Sequence record: OR757453.1
DNA: 64,000 bases
Reading direction: 5' to 3' (one strand)
Origin: Escherichia phage BYEP01
Shown piece by piece: positions 9,299 through 19,593 of this stretch. A model generated the notes under the pieces. The model was not told the origin of the DNA and did not search any database. It saw nothing but the letters and a program-made list of their open reading frames with translations. Made by a program: the position numbers and the translations under genes. Position 1 is the stretch's first letter. Every line of letters begins with the position of its first letter.

Positions 9299-9856
9299 AT
9301 GTCAGAAACTAAGCCTAAATATAATTACGTAAACAATAAAGAGCTTTTACAAGCTATTATTGATTGGAAAACAGAATTAGCAAATAATAAAGACCCAAAT
9401 AAAGTAGTTCGTCAGAATGATACTATCGGATTAGCCATTATGCTTATTGCAGAAGGCTTATCTAAACGTTTCAACTTTTCAGGATACACCCAGTCTTGGA
9501 AACAAGAAATGATTGCAGATGGTATAGAAGCTTCTATTAAGGGGCTTCATAATTTTGATGAAACGAAATATAAAAACCCACATGCATATATAACTCAAGC
9601 TTGTTTTAATGCATTCGTCCAACGTATTAAAAAAGAACGTAAGGAAGTTGCAAAGAAATATAGTTACTTCGTTCACAATGTCTATGACAGTCGTGACGAC
9701 GATATGGTTGCGTTAGTAGATGAAACTTTTATTCAAGACATCTACGATAAAATGACGCATTACGAAGAATCAACCTATAGAACACCAGGGGCTGAAAAGA
9801 AAAGTGTTGTAGACGATTCTCCTAGTTTGGATTTTTTATATGAGGCTAACGATTAA
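9299..9856 (+). CDS. 55: late-transcription sigma factor gp55, 185 aa
   Basis: Protein [23 protein letters not shown]... recognised as T4 gp55; ATG 9299 with SD gaggtg. Confidence 0.95.
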
Positions 9857-10058
9857 CCTCTCCGGATTCTTGGAAGAAATACCTGAAGTTGAAGCTATTC
9901 CCTATTTACTTAAAATGTATCTCAGGGAAGTTTTAGCTCTTGACATTGATATTGATCCAGAAAATCCGTATGATACCGCTTTTAAATCTAATGGTGTAGA
10001 ATTAAACTATCGGTATCATTTAACAGATGATGATTTTTATTTTATATTAGAGAAATAA
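9840..10058 (+). CDS. hypothetical protein, 72 aa
   Basis: ORF overlapping end of gene 55. Confidence 0.45.
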
Positions 10059-10059
10059 T

Positions 10060-10377
10060 ATGACTGATAAACCCGAAATTAATGATGAAGTGGAAAAGCT
10101 TATTTCTTCTATTGAAGAAAAGAAGCGTCTTGAAGCAGAAAGAAAAGCAAATAAGTTATTGTCTAAAAATAAACGCGAACTGAACCGTCTTTATAAACAC
10201 GCTCAGATTGCAGCTGAAAACAATAATTTTGCTCAATACGAATATGCTATCAAGAAAAGTCGGGATATTCTAAAACAGCCATATAATGATGAACTCATTA
10301 GTATTCTTTGGAAGACTACTAGATCGCAGATTGAGGATATGATTGATGCTTACACACGTAAAATTCAAGCGTCTTAA
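10060..10377 (+). CDS. hypothetical coiled-coil protein, 105 aa
   Basis: ORF with ATG. Confidence 0.5.
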   Translation: MTDKPEINDEVEKLISSIEEKKRLEAERKANKLLSKNKRELNRLYKHAQIAAENNNFAQYEYAIKKSRDILKQPYNDELISILWKTTRSQIEDMIDAYTRKIQAS

Positions 10378-10549
10378 AATTAATGCAGGATTTACTGAAT
10401 CTTTGAACGGTCATCTTTGTGTGAAAATTTCTGAAAAAGAATACCATGATAGTTCAATTAAAGAAGTTAATCCTCCTATTGTAAGAGCAGATCCTAATAT
10501 GAAAGTGTGGGTTGATTCTTATCAAGTCAAAAAATGGTGGCAACTGTGA
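10343..10549 (+). CDS. hypothetical protein, 68 aa
   Basis: ORF with ATG. Confidence 0.45.
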   Translation: MMLTHVKFKRLKINAGFTESLNGHLCVKISEKEYHDSSIKEVNPPIVRADPNMKVWVDSYQVKKWWQL

Positions 10550-10552
10550 AAG

Positions 10553-10723
10553 ATGAACACCCAGACTTCTGAAAATTTCGATAAAATCCGTAAAGGCAAA
10601 GCAGAAAGAATGAGACGTTTTAAAGAGTCTTATGATAAAGCTAAAGCCGAAGGAACTATTACGTACAAGCCCATTCGATTTAAAAGTTCAAATGAGCCTC
10701 TGTATGACGTATTATGTGGATAG
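10553..10723 (+). CDS. hypothetical protein, 56 aa
   Basis: Short ORF not in track; ATG start, ends at terminator. Confidence 0.35.
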   Translation: MNTQTSENFDKIRKGKAERMRRFKESYDKAKAEGTITYKPIRFKSSNEPLYDVLCG

Positions 10724-10745
10724 GAGCTTCGGCTCCTATATTGCT
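10723..10745 (+). terminator. putative terminator
   Basis: ggagcttcggctcc hairpin. Confidence 0.4.
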
Positions 10746-10765
10746 TTATAAATTTTTGGTAAAAT
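10741..10765 (+). promoter_or_regulatory. possible middle promoter (MotA box TTGCTTTA)
   Basis: ttgcttta 10741-10748 upstream of alpha-gt. Confidence 0.3.
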
Positions 10766-10789
10766 AAACCAAAACAATGAGGACATTAA

Positions 10790-11992
10790 ATGAAAGTATG
10801 TATTTTTATGGCTCGAGGTCTTGAAGGTTGCGGTGTAACTAAATTTTCTCTTGAGCAACGTGATTGGTTTATTAAAAATGGTCATGAAGTAACTTTGGTT
10901 TATGCTAAAGATAAATCATTTACTCGTAATTGCGCGCATGATTATAAATCATTTTCAATTCCGGTTTTATTGGCAAAAGAATACGATAAAACACTTAAGC
11001 TGGTAAATGATTGTGATATTCTAATTATCAATTCAGTTCCTGCTACTTCAGTAGAAGAAGACACAATTAATAACTATAAAAAAATTATTGATAATATTAA
11101 ACCTTCGGTTCGTGTTGTAGTTTATCAGCATGACCATTCTTCTCTTTCTTTACGCCGAAATTTGGGATTAGAAGAAACTGTTCGTCGAGCTGATGTTATT
11201 TTTAGTCATTCTGATAATGGCGATTTTAATAAAGTTTTAATGAAAGAATGGTATCCAGAAACAGTTTCTCTGTTTGATGATATTGAAGAAGCACCGACCG
11301 TATATAACTTTCAGCCTCCTATGGATATTGCGAAGGTTCGATCAACCTACTGGAAAGATGTTTCTGAAATTAACATGAATATCAACCGTTGGATTGGTCG
11401 TACTACTACATGGAAAGGCTTTTATCAGATGTTTGATTTTCACGAAAAACATCTTAAACCTGCAGGACTAAGTACTATTATGGAAGGTCTGGAACGTTCT
11501 CCAGCGTTCATTCCTATTAAAGAAAAAGGAATTCCATACGAGTATTATCGTCTTCACCAAGTAGACCAAATTAAAATTGCTCCTAATTTGCCGACGCAAA
11601 TTCTCGACCGTTATGTAAATAGCGAAATGCTTGAACGCATGAGTAAATCCGGATTTGGTTATCAGCTGAGTAAGTTGGACAAAAAATATCTACAACGTTC
11701 TTTAGAATATACTCATCTCGAGCTTGGTGCATGTGGAACAATTCCGGTATTTTGGAAATCTACTGGCGAAAATTTAAAATTCCGTGTTGATAATACTCCA
11801 TTAATTTCACACGATAGCGGTATCGTTTGGTTTGATGAAAATGACATGGAATCAACATTTGAACGTATTAAAGAACTGTCATCTGACCGAGCTCTTTATG
11901 ACCGTGAACGTGAAAAAGCTTATGAATTTTTGTATCAGCATCAAGATTCAAGCTTCTGCTTTAAAGAACAGTTTGACATTATTACAAAATAA
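10790..11992 (+). CDS. a-gt: DNA alpha-glucosyltransferase, 400 aa
   Basis: Protein MKVCIFMARGLEGCGVTKFSLEQRDWF... recognised as T4 alpha-gt; length 400 aa. Confidence 0.9.
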   Translation: MKVCIFMARGLEGCGVTKFSLEQRDWFIKNGHEVTLVYAKDKSFTRNCAHDYKSFSIPVLLAKEYDKTLKLVNDCDILIINSVPATSVEEDTINNYKKIIDNIKPSVRVVVYQHDHSSLSLRRNLGLEETVRRADVIFSHSDNGDFNKVLMKEWYPETVSLFDDIEEAPTVYNFQPPMDIAKVRSTYWKDVSEINMNINRWIGRTTTWKGFYQMFDFHEKHLKPAGLSTIMEGLERSPAFIPIKEKGIPYEYYRLHQVDQIKIAPNLPTQILDRYVNSEMLERMSKSGFGYQLSKLDKKYLQRSLEYTHLELGACGTIPVFWKSTGENLKFRVDNTPLISHDSGIVWFDENDMESTFERIKELSSDRALYDREREKAYEFLYQHQDSSFCFKEQFDIITK

Positions 11993-11993
11993 A

Positions 11994-12010
11994 GGGCTTC
12001 GGCCCTTTAG
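11994..12010 (+). terminator. rho-independent terminator
   Basis: gggcttcggccc hairpin plus TTT. Confidence 0.55.
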
Positions 12011-12031
12011 CTTTATACGGAGTTTGATATA

Positions 12032-12172
12032 ATGATATTTCTTGGATATGTGATACTTTTTCTTGCATTTTATCTATTCACTAGAGCATGTTGGATTGGG
12101 TTCTTTAGCACTCCAGATGGATTTATTTCAATAATTTTATTTTGCATTTCAATGACGGTTCTTGATATATGA
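12032..12172 (+). CDS. small hydrophobic protein, 46 aa
   Basis: Untracked ORF; stop overlaps gene 47 ATG (ATGA). Confidence 0.35.
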   Translation: MIFLGYVILFLAFYLFTRACWIGFFSTPDGFISIILFCISMTVLDI

Positions 12173-13188
12173 AAATTTTAAATTTAGGTGATTGGCATTT
12201 AGGCGTTAAAGCTGATGATGAGTGGATTCGCGGTATTCAAATTGATGGAATTAAGCAAGCGATAGAATATTCTAAGAAAAACGGAATTACTGTATGGATT
12301 CAATATGGTGATATTTTTGATGTGCGAAAAGCGATCACGCATAAAACTATGGAGTTTGCTCGCGAAATAGTTCAAATGCTTGATGACGTTGGAATCACAT
12401 TACATACTATTGTAGGAAATCACGATCTCCACTATAAAAATGTAATGCATCCAAATGCCTCTACTGAGCTTTTGGCTAAATATCCTAATGTTAAAGTATA
12501 TGATAAGCCTACTACAGTAGATTTTGACGGATGTTTGATTGATTTAATTCCTTGGATGTGCGAAGAAAATACTGGTGAAATTCTTGAACACATCAAAACT
12601 TCATCTGCTTCTTTTTGTGTTGGTCACTGGGAGTTGAATGGATTTTATTTTTATAAAGGAATGAAATCTCACGGTCTTGAACCTGATTTCCTTAAGACTT
12701 ATAAAGAGGTGTGGTCTGGTCACTTCCATACTATCTCTGAGGCTGCTAACGTCAGATATATTGGGACACCATGGACACTAACTGCAGGTGACGAGAATGA
12801 CCCTCGCGGGTTCTGGATGTTTGATACAGAAACAGAACGAATGGAATTTATTCCAAACAACACTACCTGGCATCGTCGAATTCAGTATCCATTTAAGGGA
12901 AAAATTGACTATAAAGATTTTACAAATCTATCAGTGCGTGTTATAGTAACTGAGGTAGACAAAAATCTAACGAAGTTCGAATCTGAACTAGAAAAAGTTG
13001 TGCATTCATTACGAGTTGTGTCAAAGATTGATAACTCTGTCGAGTCAGATGATAGCGAAGAAGTTGAAGTTCAATCTCTTCAGACGTTGATGGAAGAATA
13101 CATTAATGCAATTCCAGACATCACTGATTCTGATCGCGAAGCACTTATTCAATATGCAAATCAGTTATATGTAGAGGCAACACAATGA
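12169..13188 (+). CDS. 47: recombination nuclease subunit gp47 (Mre11/SbcD-like), 339 aa
   Basis: Phosphoesterase motifs (DWHLG, GDIFD, GNHD); length matches T4 gp47. Confidence 0.9.
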   Translation: MKILNLGDWHLGVKADDEWIRGIQIDGIKQAIEYSKKNGITVWIQYGDIFDVRKAITHKTMEFAREIVQMLDDVGITLHTIVGNHDLHYKNVMHPNASTELLAKYPNVKVYDKPTTVDFDGCLIDLIPWMCEENTGEILEHIKTSSASFCVGHWELNGFYFYKGMKSHGLEPDFLKTYKEVWSGHFHTISEAANVRYIGTPWTLTAGDENDPRGFWMFDTETERMEFIPNNTTWHRRIQYPFKGKIDYKDFTNLSVRVIVTEVDKNLTKFESELEKVVHSLRVVSKIDNSVESDDSEEVEVQSLQTLMEEYINAIPDITDSDREALIQYANQLYVEATQ

Positions 13189-13635
13189 CTTTTGATGAAT
13201 TTAAAAATGTTATGATGAGTCAGCATTTTGAATGTGAAGTAAAAGATGATATTGGGCATAAAGAAATTATTGAATATTGGTTTGAACCGTTAGAGGTTGA
13301 AGATAATTGTATTAAAAAGGTCACGGTCTGCACTGACTGGGCTGTATCTTTTAACTTCAACATTTTAGATAATGACACACCTAAATCATTACAAGATATG
13401 GCTGTATCTTGTATTAAGGATGCATACTGTGAAGTTTTCGACATTTGACATTAACGATGAATTCATAGCAAATATTGATTACACCGAAGAAGATTCTAGA
13501 TATGTTGGAATAATTTATATCACATCAAAAGCAGCACAAGGTGTTGTTTGCATGGCTGAATTTGATGAATACTTTTTAGATTATGATGATATGATAGAAT
13601 GGTCTAAAAGATACATTAAAAGGAATCTTTTGTGA
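13185..13635 (+). pseudogene. ORF split by a 7-bp tandem duplication (fragments 13185..13448 and 13420..13635)
   Basis: Direct repeat gacatt-t-gacatt at 13440-13452; deleting 7 nt fuses the two frames into one 147-codon ORF. Confidence 0.45.
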
Positions 13636-14486
13636 AGAATTTTAAACTTGATATTAATGATGAATTTTTAATAAAGGAATTAGTTGAAAAATTAGTGTTG
13701 AGCGAAGAAGACGCCAAGTCTTACATTAATTTTATTTCTATGAATTCAACTGTTAAAACTCCAGGTAAAACGGAAGCACATCACGTGCTTCCTAAATCAA
13801 TATTTCCTGAATATTTAAAATCTACATGGAATTTAGTTAATTTAAGTCATTTCAATCATTTCAAAGCACATTTCTTATTAGCAAAAGGTAAAAATGGAAA
13901 AATGCTAAATGCTTTAAATAGAATGATGTCAGGAAAAACATATAAAAATTTATCTTTAGCCGAAGTTGATTTAATAGCTGCTGAATATAGTTTTATAAAA
14001 CAAGATGTAAGTGACACAATATCAAAAAGGCTTCAACAGTATTATTCAAATCCGCAAAATAGAAATGCTGCTAGAGAAAGGGCATTAAAATATTTTTCAG
14101 TAGCAAAAAATAGAAAAGATAACAAAGAAAGATTAAATAATTTTAAAACAAAACAAAAAATTTCAATGGCTTCAAGGGAATGGTTTAATAACGAAGAAAA
14201 TAAAATTAAACACCAAAGGGCTGTTCGCGCTGCTTTATCAAAACCTGAATATAAAATAGCTATATCAAATTCAGTAGCTGCTAGTTGGAAAAATCCGGAG
14301 ATTAGAAAAGCTCATATAGCATCTCGACGAAAAGGCTATCATTGGGATAATAAAGATAAATTGTATGAATTGTGGATATCATATAATCGTCCTAAACATG
14401 TGATGTTTAGGAAAATGTTAGTTAAGAATGGATATCCAATAGAGGCTTCATTACAGGCTTTAGTTAAAGAATTTTCTTCATTGTGA
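13632..14486 (+). CDS. freestanding HNH homing endonuclease, 284 aa
   Basis: HNH-type motif EAHHVLPKS...NLVNLSHFNHFKAH, NUMOD-like basic repeats; inserted between genes 47 and 46; GTG start. Confidence 0.7.
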   Translation: MKNFKLDINDEFLIKELVEKLVLSEEDAKSYINFISMNSTVKTPGKTEAHHVLPKSIFPEYLKSTWNLVNLSHFNHFKAHFLLAKGKNGKMLNALNRMMSGKTYKNLSLAEVDLIAAEYSFIKQDVSDTISKRLQQYYSNPQNRNAARERALKYFSVAKNRKDNKERLNNFKTKQKISMASREWFNNEENKIKHQRAVRAALSKPEYKIAISNSVAASWKNPEIRKAHIASRRKGYHWDNKDKLYELWISYNRPKHVMFRKMLVKNGYPIEASLQALVKEFSSL

Positions 14487-14501
14487 ACAATTGGATACAA
14501 A

Positions 14502-16184
14502 ATGAAATCATTTAAACTTAATAGAGTAAAATATAAAAATATAATGTCAGTTGGTCAAAATGGAGTTGACATTCAATTAGATAAGGTTCAAAAAACTCTT
14601 ATTACTGGACGAAATGGCGGTGGTAAGTCTACTATGTTAGAAGCCATCACATTTGGGCTTTTTGGCAAGCCATTCCGTGATGTAAAGAAAGGTCAATTAA
14701 TAAACAGCACAAATAAGAAAGAACTTTTAGTTGAACTGTGGATGGAATATGATGAGAAAAAGTACTATATCAAAAGAGGACAAAAACCAAACGTTTTCGA
14801 AATCACCGTTAACGGTACACGTCTTAATGAATCTGCCAGCAGTAAAGATTTCCAAGCAGAATTTGAACAGCTTATCGGAATGTCATATGCCAGTTTCAAG
14901 CAGATTGTTGTCCTTGGTACAGCAGGGTATACCCCTTTCATGGGTTTGTCGACCCCTGCGCGAAGAAAGCTTGTGGAAGACCTGCTTGAGGTAGGAACAT
15001 TAGCTGAAATGGATAAGCTTAATAAAGCACTAATACGTGAATTAAATTCACAAAACCAAGTGCTTGATGTTAAAAAAGATAGTATTATCCAACAAATTAA
15101 AATATATAATGATAACGTTGAACGCCAGAAAAAATTAACTGGTGATAACCTTACTCGTCTGCAGAATATGTATGATGATTTGGCAAAAGAAGCTAGAACG
15201 CTAAAATCGGAAATAGAAGAAGCTAATGAAAGATTAGTTAATATTGTTTTGGATGAAGACCCGACTGATGCATTTAATAAAATCGGTCAAGAAGCATTTT
15301 TAATTAAATCAAAAATTGACTCGTATAATAAAGTCATTAATATGTATCACGAAGGTGGATTATGTCCAACCTGTTTGTCACAATTAAGTTCCGGTGATAA
15401 AGTTGTTTCTAAAATTAAAGATAAAGTTTCTGAATGCACGCATTCATTTGAACAGCTTTCAACACATCGTGATAATTTAAAAGTTCTTGTTGATGAATAC
15501 CGAGATAATATTAAAACCCAACAGTCGTTGGCAAATGATATTCGCAATAAAAAGCAATCTCTGATCGCAGCAGTAGATAAAGCTAAAAAGGTTAAAGCGG
15601 CTATAGAAAAAGCATCTTCTGAGTTTATTGACCATGCTGATGAAATAGCACTGCTTCAAGAAGAACTTGATAAAATTGTTAAGACAAAAACTAATTTAGT
15701 AATGGAAAAATACCACCGAGGAATTTTGACTGATATGCTCAAAGATTCTGGTATTAAAGGTGCTATTATTAAAAAGTACATTCCATTATTTAATAAGCAG
15801 ATTAACCATTATCTTAAAATAATGGAAGCGGATTATGTGTTTACATTAGATGAAGAATTTAATGAGACAATTAAATCCCGTGGTCGTGAAGATTTTAGTT
15901 ATGCTTCATTTAGTGAAGGTGAAAAAGCACGAATTGATATTGCTCTTTTATTTACTTGGCGTGATATTGCTTCTATTGTATCTGGTGTTAGTATTAGTAC
16001 ATTAATTCTTGATGAAGTGTTTGATGGGTCATTTGATGCCGAAGGTATTAAAGGTGTAGCTAATATTATAAATTCAATGAAAAATACTAATGTTTTTATA
16101 ATTTCGCATAAAGACCATGACCCGCAAGAATATGGTCAGCATCTTCAAATGAAGAAAGTTGGTCGATTTACTGTAATGGTTTAA
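14502..16184 (+). CDS. 46: recombination ATPase gp46 (Rad50/SbcC-like), 560 aa
   Basis: Walker A GRNGGGKST, coiled-coil, zinc-hook CPTC, signature/Walker B at C-terminus. Confidence 0.9.
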   Translation: MKSFKLNRVKYKNIMSVGQNGVDIQLDKVQKTLITGRNGGGKSTMLEAITFGLFGKPFRDVKKGQLINSTNKKELLVELWMEYDEKKYYIKRGQKPNVFEITVNGTRLNESASSKDFQAEFEQLIGMSYASFKQIVVLGTAGYTPFMGLSTPARRKLVEDLLEVGTLAEMDKLNKALIRELNSQNQVLDVKKDSIIQQIKIYNDNVERQKKLTGDNLTRLQNMYDDLAKEARTLKSEIEEANERLVNIVLDEDPTDAFNKIGQEAFLIKSKIDSYNKVINMYHEGGLCPTCLSQLSSGDKVVSKIKDKVSECTHSFEQLSTHRDNLKVLVDEYRDNIKTQQSLANDIRNKKQSLIAAVDKAKKVKAAIEKASSEFIDHADEIALLQEELDKIVKTKTNLVMEKYHRGILTDMLKDSGIKGAIIKKYIPLFNKQINHYLKIMEADYVFTLDEEFNETIKSRGREDFSYASFSEGEKARIDIALLFTWRDIASIVSGVSISTLILDEVFDGSFDAEGIKGVANIINSMKNTNVFIISHKDHDPQEYGQHLQMKKVGRFTVMV

Positions 16185-16197
16185 TTTATAAGAGATT

Positions 16198-16222
16198 ATG
16201 CTTTAATTTATTAGAGTATAAT
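16198..16222 (+). promoter_or_regulatory. middle promoter (MotA box aTGCTTTA, 11-bp gap, TATAAT)
   Basis: tgcttta 16199-16205; tataat 16217-16222. Confidence 0.45.
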
Positions 16223-16239
16223 CTCTATGGAGGAAAAAC

Positions 16240-16428
16240 ATGGAATATTCAACTGGACAGCATCTATTAACTATTCCTGAAATAAAACGATATATTCTGA
16301 GAAATAATTTTTCTAATGAAGAGCATATAGTTACTGAATCTATGCTTAAGAATGCATTTAAATCAGAATATACGAAAATAATGTCCAACAGAAATGAAGC
16401 TTGGACTGTTACTGATTATTATGACTAA
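16240..16428 (+). CDS. hypothetical protein, 62 aa
   Basis: ATG with SD ggagg. Confidence 0.55.
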   Translation: MEYSTGQHLLTIPEIKRYILRNNFSNEEHIVTESMLKNAFKSEYTKIMSNRNEAWTVTDYYD

Positions 16429-16437
16429 AGGTGTATT

Positions 16438-16827
16438 ATGACTAAAATTACTGTGAATTATACTGTTGATGTAAAAGATATTCAGCCAAAACACGTGCGT
16501 TCTGATTCAAATCCACAAAACCAAAATAAAATTCGTCGAGCATGGGTTTTGTCTCTTTCTGATAACGCAATGGAAGTTATTCAGAACAAAATTAAATCTG
16601 CACCTGCTCGTCATGCGTATTATGAAGCTATCGATCGTGAAGTAAGTAATAAATGGATTGAACTAATGCGCAAACATACTACAGAATCCCTAAACGCCGG
16701 TGCTAAATTTATTATGACTTCATGTGGTGAACGCCTTGAAGATGAATATTGCGGTAATGCAGATGAACGTCTAATTGTTGCTGCTCAACTTGTTGCGGAA
16801 ACAATTGCGGCTGATTTTAATCGTTAA
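16438..16827 (+). CDS. rpbA: RNA polymerase-binding protein RpbA, 129 aa
   Basis: Length and position between 46 and 45 as in T4. Confidence 0.6.
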   Translation: MTKITVNYTVDVKDIQPKHVRSDSNPQNQNKIRRAWVLSLSDNAMEVIQNKIKSAPARHAYYEAIDREVSNKWIELMRKHTTESLNAGAKFIMTSCGERLEDEYCGNADERLIVAAQLVAETIAADFNR

Positions 16828-16851
16828 TTGCTTTATTAAATTAGTTATAAA
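16828..16851 (+). promoter_or_regulatory. possible middle promoter for gene 45
   Basis: ttgcttta 16828-16835, tataaa 16846-16851. Confidence 0.3.
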
Positions 16852-16882
16852 ATTAAATCTCATTTGAATTGAAGGAAATTAC

Positions 16883-17569
16883 ATGAAACTGTCTAAAGAT
16901 ACACTGAATATTTTGAAAAATTTCGCTACTATTAACTCCGGTATTATGCTTAAATCCGGTCAATTTATTATGACTCGCGCGGTTAATGGTACCACTTATG
17001 CGGAAGCAAATATTTCTGACGTTATTGATTTTGATGTAGCGATTTACGATTTGAACGGTTTTCTCGGTATTCTGTCTCTAGTTAATGATGATGCAGAAAT
17101 TTCCCAGTCAGAAGATGGTAATATTAAAATTGCTGATGCTCGCTCAACAATTTTTTGGCCAGCAGCCGATCCGAGTACAGTAGTTGCTCCTAATAAACCA
17201 ATTCCATTCCCGGTAGCATCTGTTGTTACTGAAATTAAAGCTGAAGACCTTCAACAACTGTTGCGTGTATCTCGTGGTCTGCAAATTGATACAATTGCTA
17301 TCACGGTAAAAGAAGGTAAAATCGTAATTAACGGTTTTAATAAAGTAGAAGATTCTGCTTTGACCCGTGTTAAATATTCTTTGACTCTTGGTGATTATGA
17401 TGGTGAAAATACATTTAATTTCATTATCAATATGGCAAATATGAAAATGCAACCAGGAAATTATAAACTTCTGCTCTGGGCAAAAGGTAAACAAGGTGCT
17501 GCTAAATTTGAAGGTGAACACGCGAATTATGTGGTAGCTCTTGAAGCTGATTCTACCCACGATTTTTAA
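16883..17569 (+). CDS. 45: sliding clamp gp45, 228 aa
   Basis: Protein MKLSKDTLNILKNFATINSGIMLK... recognised as T4 gp45. Confidence 0.95.
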   Translation: MKLSKDTLNILKNFATINSGIMLKSGQFIMTRAVNGTTYAEANISDVIDFDVAIYDLNGFLGILSLVNDDAEISQSEDGNIKIADARSTIFWPAADPSTVVAPNKPIPFPVASVVTEIKAEDLQQLLRVSRGLQIDTIAITVKEGKIVINGFNKVEDSALTRVKYSLTLGDYDGENTFNFIINMANMKMQPGNYKLLLWAKGKQGAAKFEGEHANYVVALEADSTHDF

Positions 17570-17573
17570 TAGA

Positions 17574-17590
17574 GGGCTTCGGCCCTTTAT
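17574..17590 (+). terminator. rho-independent terminator
   Basis: gggcttcggccc hairpin plus TTT. Confidence 0.55.
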
Positions 17591-17620
17591 AATTTACACT
17601 AAAACTTGAATGAGGAAATT

Positions 17621-18580
17621 ATGATTACCGTAAATGAAAAAGAACACATTCTTGAACAGAAATATCGTCCATCTACTATCGATGAATGTATTCTTCCCGC
17701 CTTTGATAAAGAAACCTTTAAATCTATTACAAGTAAAGGTAAGATTCCACATATTATTCTTCATTCTCCTTCTCCAGGAACAGGTAAAACAACTGTAGCA
17801 AAAGCATTGTGTCATGATGTAAATGCTGATATGATGTTTGTGAATGGATCAGATTGTAAAATTGATTTCGTTCGTGGTCCTTTGACTAATTTTGCCAGCG
17901 CCGCTTCATTTGATGGTCGTCAAAAAGTAATCGTTATTGATGAATTTGACCGTTCAGGGTTAGCAGAGTCTCAGCGACATCTTCGTTCCTTTATGGAAGC
18001 TTATAGTTCAAACTGTAGTATTATTATTACTGCTAACAATATTGATGGTATTATTAAACCACTTCAGTCACGCTGTCGAGTTATTACGTTCGGTCAACCG
18101 ACCGATGAAGATAAAATTGAAATGATGAAGCAGATGATTCGTCGATTGACTGAAATCTGTAAGCATGAAGGAATTGCTATAGCTGATATGAAAGTTGTAG
18201 CAGCTTTGGTTAAAAAGAATTTTCCTGATTTTCGTAAAACTATTGGTGAGCTCGATAGTTATTCATCTAAAGGTGTTTTGGATGCTGGTATTTTATCACT
18301 GGTTACTAACGATCGTGGTGCTATTGATGATGTTCTTGAGTCTCTCAAAAATAAAGATGTTAAACAACTCAGAGCTTTAGCACCAAAATATGCGGCTGAT
18401 TATTCGTGGTTCGTAGGTAAACTTGCCGAAGAAATCTATACACGCGTAACTCCGCAAAGTATTATTCGTATGTATGAAATTGTTGGTGAAAATAACCAGT
18501 ATCATGGAATTGCGGCTAATACTGAATTACATTTAGCATATCTTTTCATTCAATTGGCATGTGAAATGCAGTGGAAGTGA
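17621..18580 (+). CDS. 44: clamp loader large subunit gp44 (AAA+), 319 aa
   Basis: Walker A SPGTGKTT; SRC motif; ATG 17621 with SD gagga. Confidence 0.9.
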   Translation: MITVNEKEHILEQKYRPSTIDECILPAFDKETFKSITSKGKIPHIILHSPSPGTGKTTVAKALCHDVNADMMFVNGSDCKIDFVRGPLTNFASAASFDGRQKVIVIDEFDRSGLAESQRHLRSFMEAYSSNCSIIITANNIDGIIKPLQSRCRVITFGQPTDEDKIEMMKQMIRRLTEICKHEGIAIADMKVVAALVKKNFPDFRKTIGELDSYSSKGVLDAGILSLVTNDRGAIDDVLESLKNKDVKQLRALAPKYAADYSWFVGKLAEEIYTRVTPQSIIRMYEIVGENNQYHGIAANTELHLAYLFIQLACEMQWK

Positions 18581-18581
18581 T

Positions 18582-19145
18582 ATGAGCTTATTTGAAGATG
18601 ATATTCAATTAAACGAGCATCAAGTTGCTTGGTATTCTAAAGATTGGACAGCTGTCCAATCCGCTGCTGATTCTTTTAAAGAAAAAGCTGAAAATGAGTT
18701 TTTTGAAATAATTGGAGCTATTAATAATAAAACTAAATGCTCTATTGCTCAAAAAGATTATTCAAAATACATGGTTGAGAATGCATTATCACAATTTCCA
18801 GAGTGCATGCCAGCTGTATATGCTATGAATTTAATTGGATCAGGTTTAAGTGATGAAGCTCATTTTAATTATCTGATGGCTGCTGTTCCTCGGGGTAAAA
18901 GATATGGTAAATGGGCAAAACTGGTTGAAGATTCCACCGAAGTATTGATTATTAAGTTACTTGCTAAACGGTATCAAGTTAATACAAATGATGCAATTAA
19001 CTATAAATCAATTCTTACTAAAAACGGAAAACTACCTTTAGTATTAAAAGAACTAAAAGGATTAGTCACGGATGATTTTTTGAAAGAAGTGACTAAGAAC
19101 GTAAAAGAACAGAAACAACTCAAAAAACTAGCATTGGAATGGTAA
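18582..19145 (+). CDS. 62: clamp loader small subunit gp62, 187 aa
   Basis: Position and length as T4 gp62. Confidence 0.85.
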   Translation: MSLFEDDIQLNEHQVAWYSKDWTAVQSAADSFKEKAENEFFEIIGAINNKTKCSIAQKDYSKYMVENALSQFPECMPAVYAMNLIGSGLSDEAHFNYLMAAVPRGKRYGKWAKLVEDSTEVLIIKLLAKRYQVNTNDAINYKSILTKNGKLPLVLKELKGLVTDDFLKEVTKNVKEQKQLKKLALEW

Positions 19146-19146
19146 A

Positions 19147-19515
19147 ATGATTGAAATTACTCTTAAAAAACCTGAAGATTTTCTGAAAGTAAAAGAAACT
19201 TTGACTCGTATGGGAATTGCTAATAATAAAGATAAAGTTCTGTATCAATCCTGTCATATTCTTCAGAAAAAAGGACTATACTATATCGTTCATTTTAAAG
19301 AAATGCTTCGTATGGATGGTCGCCAGGTTGAAATGACAGAAGAAGATGAAGTTCGTCGTGATTCAATCGCATGGCTATTAGAAGATTGGGGACTAATTGA
19401 AATCGTTCCTGGTCAAAGAACTTTTATGAAAGATTTAACTAATAACTTCCGAGTTATTTCTTTTAAACAAAAACATGAATGGAAACTCGTTCCTAAATAT
19501 ACGATTGGTAATTAA
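19147..19515 (+). CDS. regA: translational repressor RegA, 122 aa
   Basis: Protein MIEITLKKPEDFLKVKETLTRMGIANN... recognised as T4 RegA. Confidence 0.9.
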   Translation: MIEITLKKPEDFLKVKETLTRMGIANNKDKVLYQSCHILQKKGLYYIVHFKEMLRMDGRQVEMTEEDEVRRDSIAWLLEDWGLIEIVPGQRTFMKDLTNNFRVISFKQKHEWKLVPKYTIGN

Positions 19516-19517
19516 GC

Positions 19518-19537
19518 AAGGGGCTTCGGCCCCTTAA
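19518..19537 (+). terminator. stem-loop (possible terminator or RNA stability element)
   Basis: aaggggcttcggcccctt hairpin, weak T tract. Confidence 0.4.
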
Positions 19538-19593
19538 TTGGAGTATAATATATCAAGAGCCTAATAACTCGGGCTATAAACTAAGGAATATCT

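Noticed and set aside
14731-14994. 87-aa ORF in alternate frame
   Set aside because: Entirely inside gene 46 in another frame.
17144-17560. 138-aa minus-strand ORF
   Set aside because: Fully antisense to gene 45; no SD.
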